Source of the DNA: Camelus dromedarius
Lineage: Eukaryota
DNA: 64,000 nucleotides
Reading direction: 5' to 3'
Assembly (NCBI RefSeq): GCF_036321535.1
Contig: NC_087437.1
Location: 93,560,001 to 93,624,000 of the forward strand
The notes under the pieces are model-generated. The model was given only the letters and a program-made list of their open reading frames with translations, was not told the DNA's origin and made no database searches. This document shows, one piece after another, positions 39,246 through 49,520 of the stretch (within the stretch, counting starts at the first letter, position 1; every line of letters begins with the position of its first letter). The translations under genes and the position numbers were made by a program.

Positions 39246-40194
39246 TGTGTCATCATATTTTGAGCATCATTCCTTCCAAGATTTGTAGAATTTTACTTCT
39301 ACAGGACATCTCATCCCCTTTAAAAGTCCACTTTTTAATTTAGCTCATCATTTTTTAAAAATCAGACTCTACTTATTGGTGCTCAGTGCCAGTGTCCCTC
39401 AGACTCTGGTCCTCAGGTTGCCCTATACTTAGTTTTGCTGACATTGTTTCTGGATTTTACACATCCCAAGCTCTGATTTTTCTGTGTATGCCACTAGTAA
39501 AAATATGCAGGTAGTATAACCTTAAACTTGTAAAAATGCCAGGCATTAAAACAATAAAAATTTTACAAACAGCAATGTGCATATAAGGTGTTAGATAGTT
39601 GGAAATCTAACTCCCTGATTGGATTACATCTCAGTGTAGTAATGGGCTAATACACAAGTGAATATTTTTTTTAATACCTTGTTATCTGTGTAAATCAGGG
39701 TTGACTCAGGGGCAGGACATTTAATGTTCCCTTTATTAATCTCAGGAGCTAAAATTTTCTGTGAGTTAACAAACCTCAGTTTGCCTCTAGATGAGTTAGG
39801 CTAGTTATAAGTCAAAGTCAATTTGATGCCTTCTCTGTAAATAGGAACACTTACCACAGCATCCTGAGTATCTCTTGTTATCAACTGAGACCTTAGGCTT
39901 TCTAAAATTTGGGCTGCCTCCAGAATGTTTTCATTTCCATGATCTTTTCCCAAGCTAGGTGGATTTCAGATTATAAACTGGGCAGGGAAAAATTATTAGG
40001 CAGTGTTTCTTCACAGAAAGTTCTTACAGCTTCTCAGTTGGGTCTACAAAATAAGTCTCTTTTAATTTGTATTCATCCCTGTAATACTGAAAGCTTTCAT
40101 TGATGGTTCTAATAATGGTCTAGGGGAAGGCCAAGGGCTCCAGATCAGATAGATGGGATGGCTATGTGTGGATACTTGTGTTTTTCAGCCAAAC

Positions 40195-40667
40195 TGACAG
40201 GAGGGAGGAGGGCAGGACATAACCATTAAAAGAATGACACAGCAATTGAGCATAGGACATAAACTGATTGGAACCAACCAGGTCCAAGATGGCAGAAGAT
40301 TCGACTTCCAGTAGACCTTGAGCCTCATTATACGCTCATTGTAATATATTAGCATTCTAAATGGCATATCCACTGGTGCCATGACAGTTCTAGAGCTGAC
40401 TGTAAAAGGCTAAAATGTGGTCAAGGGGCCCAGTTCCTGGAAATCCCCACTACTTCCCCAAAACAGTTAAAATAGCCCTCCCACTTGCTAGCATATGAAA
40501 TTACCTACCCTATAAAAACTAACCACCCCCACACCTTGTGGTCACTCTCACTTTCCTAGATGATCCCATGCTCTGGAGCCAACTCTCTTGCCTTCTGAGG
40601 TGGCCCGTACTCTGTTTATGGGGTGTGTATCTCCCTGAATAAATCTACTTTTACTTTACTGTGGCTG
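40195..40667 (+). mobile_element. MER41-like ERV1 LTR, 3'-truncated
   Basis: CCAAGATGGC, CTCATTATACGCTCATTGTAAT..ATTAGCAT, GCCATGACAGTT; TATAAAA at 40512; AATAAA at 40638; aligns with the reverse complement of 54331-54997. Confidence 0.8.
40434..40442. promoter_or_regulatory. STAT GAS consensus TTCCTGGAA inside the MER41-like LTR
   Basis: Exact TTCNNNGAA match; function untested. Confidence 0.45.
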
Positions 40668-42624
40668 CGCTGGACAAGATACCTATTTTCCAGTAGCAAA
40701 ATGGAGACTTTCTTTCACCTGTCTTGTTAAAAAGTAAACATTCCTTGAGGCATCGTCTTTCATCCATTAAAGTACCAACTGCAAGAATAATGTGATGGTA
40801 TAAAAACTTTCTGGAAGAAAACTGAAGAGCCAAGGATAATCTGGTCCTCAATACAATATAATCTGACTCTATTTATTATATTGCCTCAGTCCCTTGTTAG
40901 CTCGGAGACAGCTGTGTTTAAAAGAGTGGTGGCAAGGCTTCCACTGAGAGAAGTCTTCATTTGCTAAATTTTCTAGCAACTCAGCATGTAACTGTGTTAA
41001 GCCATCTAACTAAACAACAAATGAGATTCCAGAGGCCAAGGCTTACTGAGAAAAGCACTTCTCCCTCAGTTCATCTCCTTGTAGCTCAATAAACTACCAA
41101 AGACTTTATTGGCCTAATTTTTATAATATTGTGCTGTTTCCTGGGTAAACCATCTGGCTCCTGACTTAATCAGGCTGAACTCTGAATACAGATTGCATCC
41201 CAGGTTTGCTTGATGTTGATGACTTCCTTCAGTATTCACTCTGAACCAAGTAGTTAAATGTCTCTTTGTTTATTCTCAGTATTGAAAACTAACCTTAGCT
41301 TCACTACGATACTTTTCTTTCCTTAAACAATTGATAACCAATGAAATCTTACATTAGTCAAATTTTCTATTTTTGTGTTTTATTCTACAAATACAAAAAT
41401 AAAACTTAGATTTACCTGTCTTTCAAGCAACCTGCAATTATGACCCCACCCAACATTTTAAAATTTAACTTACTGATTTTTATAATTTTTGAGAATTTTA
41501 TTTTATATGCAAAATGTAAATGAGCCCTTTAAATTTATTTTTCATATGAACTTCACTGTTCTCAATGCTAATGTTTATATTTAAAAACATTGATTATTGG
41601 CTTCTTGGCTTTTAAGAATACTATAGGACAAAAATTGTCATAAGGACTATATATATGTGTGTGTGTGTATATGCATATATATACATACTTATGAGTTATT
41701 TATTCTAACTCATAAATAGCATGCCTTTTTTTGTTTGTTTTGTTTTGTTTTGTTTTTGCTTCAAGACTTGACTTAGAGAATTCTTCATTCTTTACAATTC
41801 TTTGCACTCTTATTTGTGCAAAAAGAAAAACTTTGGGAGAAATATGACTACTTGTCTTGGCCACAGTCTTTACCTCTTCCAGAATTTTGTTCTTCACTTT
41901 ATACAGATCTTTAAATAATTAATTAAAGCAAATCTAAGTGGCTATATCACATATAATCATCAGCTCTGGGATATTCCTACTAAATCACCACAACTGTAGC
42001 TTTTTCTCTAGAACACTTTTCTAGAGAAAAAAATTCTTACCATTTTGCTTTTTCTTTTCAGTATTTTGGGTTTTGATTTTTATTAATTTCATTAATTATC
42101 ACTCAATTTTTCTTAATTTCTAAATTTTTCTCATTCTCATCATCTTTCCTTTAAGCATGTTAAGACTCAGTCAAAACCTCCATCTTTAATACAATTTTTT
42201 ATGGCAACTTACAGCAGATGATCAACATTAAATTAAGTAACATGACTTAGGCATGATGCAAGAAATTTCTATGGAAACATCTTTAATTCAAGGCTTCACC
42301 ACCTTGCCTTTTCTTTTTTTTTTTTTTTCTTTTTTTTTTTTTTGATGTTTTAAGTTGGTCTTAAGTTCGAGTGTAACTTATGGTTCTTTCCCTTGGAGTT
42401 GGGAGCCACGTTAGCTCACAGTACCAACATCTCATTTCATGATTTGTCTCCTATATGGAGGCTTAATTGGCATTACAAATGGTTCGATTTTTTATGAATG
42501 ACTTCTTTCCATACAGTACTGTGCTGAGTGAGGTATAGCATAAAAATAGGTAAAGGTAATTCATTGAGGAATGAATTAGCCAACACAGTGGCTTCTTAGC
42601 CAACACAGTGTCAAGGATGTAAAA

Positions 42625-42731
42625 AGGAAGATGAGAAGAAAGAGGTCAAGAAAGGAAGAAAGAAAGAAAGAAAGAAGGGAGGAAAGGAGGAAGGAAGAAA
42701 AATAGGAGGGAAGGAAGGAAGGAAGGAAAGA
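42625..42731. repeat. Purine-rich (GAAA)n/(GGAA)n low-complexity tract
   Basis: Direct reading. Confidence 0.9.
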
Positions 42732-43987
42732 TTGTTTACTAAAACAAAGTAACTACAATATAGTTAAAATGAAAACAAATTTCCAATACTACAGCATCTT
42801 TTTTTTTGTATCTGTAAAAAGACTTACTGATTGAATAAAGGATCATTGAAATACTTTACTCCCAGCTGAAGTAAACAGAAATATACTTTAAGAGCACACA
42901 AGTGTAACTTATATGAAATAATTACATTTCAGCCAAAATGATATGATGAAATTTTGATAAATAAATTATATTTCCATAATTCTGAATTACTGATGAATCA
43001 TCATTTTCAGGTCCATATATAAATTAAATGGCAAACATTTAATGCCAGATTACAAAAATGAAAGGGGAAAAAAAATGGGATAGGATGAAAATGTGAAGAG
43101 CTTTGTCAATCCATAAACTATATCTCTGTATTTAGATATGTGTGTGTTTGTGTATGTTTAAATCCACACGCAGAAACACAGAGAGTGGGAAATAAATAAT
43201 GGAACACCATTGCACAGCCAGTGCACGTTCTCAGCTTCCAGGGCTAGTTCACTTCCCCTGGGGTACAACCCAAATCTTCCATATACCTCCTATCCTCATG
43301 GCCTAACTATGTGATCTAATTGATTAATATGTACCTAAGGATACAATTGATAGTAGAGAAGTAAAATATTACTTGATCTATAACAGGAAAACAGCTAGGT
43401 CTAGTGGGCAAAAATCAGACTTATGTTGTCACAATGGCAAGTCACTGGTCTTTTTAATCCAGTTTTCAGACCCAAGACAGTTCAAATATGTCTGAATGGG
43501 AGCCTGGGCCTTCTTGAGAAAGGATGCTATAATATTGACGTGAGTGTGAGATGTAATTACTCCTCTAATCCTTCCCCAAGGGGAAATAGAGCCTCTATCT
43601 AGGATGTCTCTGTACAAGAAAACATTCAATCATTTTAAGGGTTACTAGAAACTGGCTGTAAATCAAACTTAGTTATTGAGGACCCCGAATGACACAGGGG
43701 TCCACCAGTCAAAATTGGTGCATGGATACGTGCCTATGGCACCAACTCCTGTTTCATTGCCTCTTTTTCCTGAATCCATCTCATAGGAAGTTCTCTGTGA
43801 CCACTGATAAAGTAATTTCCTTTTGGTTCTAAACAACCTGCTGGCATTAATCAGAAATCTACTGATGCAACATTAAAGCCCTAAATAGAAGTATCCGTGA
43901 AGAATCATGGAAAAGAAAATCTTATTGGGGAGAATACTGAACAGCTTAGTTGGTTTTGGATCAGTTTGGTATTGATAGAACATTCCT

Positions 43988-44220
43988 GTATCTGTTAGCT
44001 ATTGGTAAAAAACCGATAGATAATTTATGACTAAGGAGCTTCAGTGGTGTCAAGCCACCAACATTTATTTCTCATGCATTGTCAGGGTTCCGCTGATCCA
44101 GGCTGGGCTTTGGCTGATCCCACCTTGGCATGCTCATGTGCGTGGGGACTGCTCTGGCTTCACATGTCTCACATCCTTCTGCTGAGGTCAGAGAGCTGCT
44201 TGGGTAGCTCTTTCTCATCT
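43988..44220 (-). mobile_element. MLT1 (H/I/J-like) MaLR LTR fragment
   Basis: TGTATCTGTTAGCTATTG...CAACATTTATTTCTCATG...GCTGATCCAGGCTGGGCTT. Confidence 0.65.
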
Positions 44221-44269
44221 AAACTGATTAACAGATTAGTGTTTTATCTAAGCAAATTTAGACTAATGT

Positions 44270-45110
44270 TGCTAGTATTTTGGGTTGTTGAGTCAAAGTG
44301 TGGAAAGAACAGCACTGGAACAGTGATTCCAAGGATATCTGGGGAAGAGGCTTGCAGATGGATATTTGAAGATGGGCTGAAATACGCAAATATCAGTGCT
44401 ATAGGTAACTGCTTAACAAAGGACATCCATTAAAAGGAGGCTCTGAATAATCATATAGACAAGATGACACATTTTGTGGATTTAATAAACCTCATTTCCT
44501 ATCTGTCTACCTAGTACTTGCTCAGTGTGGGCATATCAGGAAAAATATAGGCTCTGTATGAGCCCAACATGTGGAATTCCACTGCAAGGATGGTCTGGCT
44601 TTTGCCTTGTTTACTTAACCGCTGGGAAGAGACACATGCTGAAACTTCAGTTTGATTCCTGACCCTGGGAAATAGATGGCATTATTTAGACATTAAAAAT
44701 ATTAGATACTTTCCATCATAGAGAGGACAGTGATATTTCCTTATTGAAATCAACATTCATTCTAGATATAGTTCTACTTATGTCTTTCCACAACTGTCTA
44801 TAGACATATGGGATACTTTACTCACCACCGTTGATTCTGATGAAGGAAATTATCTCACAGCAAACAAAAGTGCTGCAATGAGCACACACTGATGAAATTA
44901 AAGGTCTGACCATCTATCCCCAAAACTATACACAGCTCATTGTGAAGAACACTGTAGTGGCCTAGTGAAGATTCAGTTATGTTTCCAGATGGGAGAAAGG
45001 ATACTTAAATGCAGTGGTTCTTTATTGCAGGCATGATTTTTGCTTCTAGCCAGTGACCATTATTGCTTTTTCATGAAAGGGAATATAAAGGAAAAGGGGC
45101 ATTGGAATAC
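44270..45110 (+). mobile_element. ERVL internal pol relic (RNase H to integrase)
   Basis: Translates WKEQHWNSDSKDIWGRGLQMDI*RWA, EALNNHIDKMT and VDSDEGNYLTA (integrase catalytic-D region), as in ERVL pol; many stops. Confidence 0.8.
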
Positions 45111-45164
45111 ATGATGTGATAGGGCACTTAGACTATTATGGCTATGCTGACAGCAGATATTCTA

Positions 45165-45619
45165 AGAAAAGTAAGCTGATTGTTTTTAGAAAAAGTGAAA
45201 AGCAGCACATGTAAGAAAATGTAATTATAATAAATTACTTGACTCTGCAGTGAACAATATTTTTAAAATGTGAAAATAGTAAACATTGATGATTCATTCA
45301 TCAAAATGAGTAGATTAAGCAGGCATATGGGGAGAGGGCAGTGGGAAATTAAAGAAGCAAATTTTCATCCTCTATAAGGAAGTAAATGTAATATTTCTAA
45401 CACTGATAAATCATGAAATAACAATATGAACATATTATTTAGAAATGTAAAATTAATGCCTAAGGAAACATCTGAAGAAATGAATGGTGATATCCTCTTG
45501 AAAACAGGATTGGAGGATAGAAAGAGAAAGGAAGGAACTACTTTTGTATTATAATTAATATTTGTGTTGATTTGAGATCTTTATGTGTTTATTTCTTTGA
45601 CAAGAAATTGTATAATTTT
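45165..45619 (+). mobile_element. L1MC/ME-type 3' UTR relic
   Basis: AATGTAATTATAATAAATTACTTGACTCTGCAGTGAACAATATTT resembles L1MC4/5 3' end. Confidence 0.6.
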
Positions 45620-45773
45620 GGGGGGAGGGTATAGCTCAGTGGTAGAGTACGTGCTTAGCATACATGAGATCCCGGGTTCAATCACCAGTACCTCCTCTAA
45701 AAATAAATAAATAAACATAATTACTTCCTCCCCAGCCCCCCCAAAAAACAAACAAAAAAAGAAAACTAAAAAA
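45620..45773 (+). mobile_element. Camelid tRNA-derived SINE (vic-1-like)
   Basis: GGGGAGGGTATAGCTCAGTGGTAGAG (A box), GGGTTCAATC (B box), TAAA repeats and A tail; 16/18 TSD match at 45602-45619 and 45774-45791. Confidence 0.9.
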
Positions 45774-46309
45774 AAGAAATAGTATAATTGTAATAAATAG
45801 TCTGTGTGCTGCAGTCACCATGAGAAACTGGTCTTCTTCTTCGTCTTGTTTCAGTTCTACTTGTTGATATTTACTGCTAGTTAAGCCCATGCAGGCCCCT
45901 TATCTCTGATTGTCAACAAAGCACAACAGGTCAGCAGGGTTGACACCAGTCTTCAGAGGCTAGAACTGGGCTGGAGCTGCACGCACAGTGCGGCTCTCAC
46001 CCCAACTCTTACTCACCTGGAGCTCAAAGAAGTCACATCTAAAATCATGAATGAGTGAGCATTGGAAGATTCTGGTCATGAAAACAGTCCGGTACTTGAG
46101 GACTGAAATCATGCCACCCTCTATTGTCGTCATCTTTCCTTTGGACTCAAGGGTCAGTCAAATTTCTCTATCCCTTTTAAAAACAGAAACGACAAATGGA
46201 AAGTGCAAACATGAATCTCAGTGACAGTGAGCAAGTGTGGAGGTTAGGGCAGAGGAGCACAAGGGGTTCAGATAGCTTAAAGGTCCTACTGTAGTGTTAC
46301 CAATTCCTT

Positions 46310-46700
46310 TTACTCTCTCTAGGAATGCATCAGCGCTGTGTGGTTTAGCTCAGCCTCTAATCATTTCTCACCAGGATCATGGCATAAACATCAAACTGGC
46401 CTTGGTGCCTCCTGTAAGTCTCCCACATTGCTTCCAGAAATATCTTTTTTTAAAGATCTCATACTTAATCTTTGCTTAAAATCCTGAAATCTTTCCTACT
46501 GCTTTAAGTATATCATCCAACTTATTAAGTTGGCCAAGAAAATCAGATCCATGCTAATTTTTCTGACTTCCCTTCTACCATTCTCCCACCTACATCTAAT
46601 ACTAGAGTTTGAGTATGTCTTTTTCTTTCTGGTTGTCAGTATTCACCCGGAGGCATTTTGTTTGGTAGACCCTCTAAGTGTTTTCTGCTCTTTTGCTTTT
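46310..46700 (+). mobile_element. L2 fragment
   Basis: TTTAGCTCAGCCTCTAATCATTTCTCACCAGGAT...TTTGCTTAAAATCCT. Confidence 0.55.
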
Positions 46701-46981
46701 AAGTCTCTGAGTTAGTTCCTAGTTCCCGTTTTATCAGTTTGCCAGAGTGGATGCTCACCATAAAGATTTTGAAAGCAAAACAATCATAGGCAACTCTTGT
46801 TTTTATACCACAGTATGTAGTCTTGCCTGTCTATGCCATGCTTCTCCCTTCATGCCAGATCACTTGCTAACAGCCTCTCTGTATAGATCTCTGTGACTAA
46901 ACACCTGCAGACATCTCTCTTCCTGCTTAGTATCCTCATCACTTCTCACCTCGGTCACTGTGTGGCCATAGCGTTATTCTC

Positions 46982-47205
46982 TTTTTTTTTTTTTTTTTTT
47001 AAATTTTGTTTTTCATTGAAGTGTAGTTGATTTACAATGCTAGTTTCAGTGATTCAGTTATACATATACATACATATATATACATTTTTTCAGATTCTTT
47101 TCCATTATGTTATTATAAGAAATTGAATATAGTTCCCTGTGCTATACAGTAGATCCTTGTTGTTTTATCTATTTTATGTATAGTAACATGTTAATCCCAA
47201 ATTCA
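46982..47205 (-). mobile_element. Young 5'-truncated L1 3' end (artiodactyl/camelid type)
   Basis: T19 tail, then TTGAAGTGTAGTTGATTTACAATG...TTGAATATAGTTCCCTGTGCTATACAGTAG. Confidence 0.9.
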
Positions 47206-47919
47206 TATTCTTGATTCTTTTTAATTTTCTGTTGCATGCCTATCACTCTAGCTTCATCTTCAATCTTGCCCTGAATTTTCCAGCTATGCTAAATCATTTG
47301 TCTTAGCATATGCTGTTCCCTTGCCTAGAATGTTCTCTTTTTTTTCACATTCTACTTAGTTAAGAGCTGTTAACTCCCTTCCCCCTGACTGCCTGGGATT
47401 CAGTTGGCAACCCTTCTGATGCGTTTCAATATCAGCTAAGCCCTCCACTGTAGCAAGATCATATTGTTTTCTAATATTTACTTTGTCTCTGGCTCTCTTT
47501 AGAATAAATCCCCTGAAGGATGAGGTGCTAAGTGAATGTTTGATTTTGAATTATTAAATATGTTTATCAACTTATTCATCAATCAGCAAATCCACATACA
47601 GACCCCTTTGCTTATTCCTGAAGTCTCAGGTATGTTTCAGGGATCTTATATCTAAAAGAGCTATAGATCCTCTTCTCAACTTGAGGCTTGTTTTAAAGAA
47701 AACCAACCTCTAAGAGCCTCAAAATAAACACATACTCTTGAAAGTTCAGCAGAAAGAAGGATAAGAAAGATACAAAATTACATGAGGTCACGTCCACTAT
47801 ATTAAGATCCAAAGACAAACTCAAGTGCAGTTTCTGCCTTATACAAAGGTATCCATTTGATTGTCTGTTTTTGGTTACCTTCACTTTTCAAAAATTTTTT
47901 TAGAATCTCTTCCATCAAT

Positions 47920-48140
47920 AGAATAACAAAGGGTTAGTGCATGCTGTGGACCTGACTCTCTCCTAAGTATCTAAAACACAATTTTTAATTGATCTCTCAT
48001 AATGGCTCTGTGAAAGACGTCCTATAATTATGATTGTTTTTACAGATACGAAAATGGAGAGGCTCTTTAATGTCATCTGAGAGTAAGAAGTAGAGCCAGC
48101 ACTTGAGCCCATTCAGGTGACTCTGGATCAGTTTGCTTTA
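47920..48140 (-). mobile_element. MIR SINE; head appears to resume at ~48653-48675 after an LTR
   Basis: TTTTTACAGATACGAAAATGGAG...GTAAGAAGTAGAGCCAGCACTTGAGCCCA. Confidence 0.65.
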
Positions 48141-48652
48141 TGATCGGAGGCACTGAATAATGGGGCAATGCTGAATAATGTCCTCGGAACTGAGAAGAAA
48201 TTTAAGACTGAAAAACGAAGCAGACCACTCCGTAAAGTGTAATCATGAGGTTTATTGTGGGTAACTTACCTACGGGCAGGATGGGGCAGACAAGGATCCA
48301 GAGGCAGGTGCAGCTGCCCTCCCAGCTGCCAAAAGGAATACAGGGGAATTTAAAGAGGCCGAAGCTAAAAAGCTAAAAATAGAATCTGACTACGAGGGAG
48401 AAGTACTGACCAGAACTGGGGTTTTTCCTCTCCCCTGGAGTCTCATGACCATTAACCATATTCCTCAGCAAAATTCATTCTTCCAGTTTTCATATCAGAT
48501 GAAGGCAAGAGTGAAAATTGATTGGAAACTTATCTGGCTTGGGGGCACTCCTTGTGAGTGGGCTAAAGCTCAGTCACACAGAAAGGGGAAGGGGTAGGAC
48601 TGCGGGCCTAAAACTGAACTGCAAAGTGGAGTCAGTGTGGCTCAGCCACACA
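48141..48652 (-). mobile_element. ERV solo LTR, family not recognised
   Basis: TG...CA ends; minus strand starts TGTGTGGCTGAGCCACACTGACTCCACTTTG; minus-strand AATAAA at 48251-48256; more GC/CpG-rich than flanks. Confidence 0.7.
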
Positions 48653-49394
48653 CCTAGTTACTGCGATACTTCCTTACACCTGATACGTGCAGATCAAAAC
48701 AGCCTAATGCTTTACCTTTGGGCATATAAATATTCTCAAGAGGACTACAGCATCATTATTTATCGACTATGAAAGCTAACTGTAAAGGAAGGTAGAAGCA
48801 TGAGCAGTTTTATCAGAACAGAGAGGACAGAGGAAACATAGGTAATATTTAGGGTCAGACTGCTGTCTGAGTGCCAGGCTCTTAGACAAAGGCCACTTCC
48901 ATCCAGATGTGCACTCTCCTCCCCAGGCTGGACTGAGCCAGCCTGTATCTCTTGGTTTGGTTCATGAATAAATCAACTTCTGGGGCCTGGTAGTTTGCCT
49001 TGGCATTTACTACAAAATCCATTTACAAACTAAATCAAGAGACCATTTTCAGGATAAAGGAGTGAATGGATGAATGAGCAGCATTTTTATTTCTGGTTTA
49101 CTTTAAAGTTTCTATTAACATACAGAGCTTCACCCCCCACTACCCTTCCTGCTGTTCCCTAAAAATGAAATGCCACACGGCCTAGGAGACCATTGCTGAA
49201 TAAACACAGTACAGTTAAAAGGGAAAAAGCTATTGCACAGTTTTAGATAATAGTTAACTTAAAATGTTTTGCTGGGATATTTTCTGGAAAAACACATTTC
49301 TTTTAAACTATTTATTAGTGAATGTTCCATTTTATCATTTTAGGAAGAAAATGGTAATAACTGATAAGGACGTTTTGTCATCTTAACCTACTTT

Positions 49395-49520
49395 AAAAAA
49401 AATTGAGGGGGAGGTAATTAGGTTTTTATTTATTTATCTTTTAATGGAGGTACTGGGGATTGAACTGAGGATCTCGTGCATGCTAAGCACACATTTTACC
49501 ACTGAGCTATACCCTCCCCC
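49395..49520 (-). mobile_element. Camelid tRNA-derived SINE (vic-1-like)
   Basis: Reverse complement GGGGGAGGGTATAGCTCAGTGG...GTTCAATCCCCAGTACCTCC; perfect 13-bp TSD CTTAACCTACTTT at 49382-49394 and 49521-49533. Confidence 0.92.

Noticed and set aside
44044..44433. Longest ORF in the track (129 aa)
   Set aside because: Spans an antisense MLT1 and mostly an off-frame of ERVL pol; chance ORF with a GTG start
45620..45695. tRNA(Ala)-like gene with A and B boxes
   Set aside because: Followed by SINE body, A tail and TSD, with a second copy at 49395-49520: a SINE, not a tRNA gene
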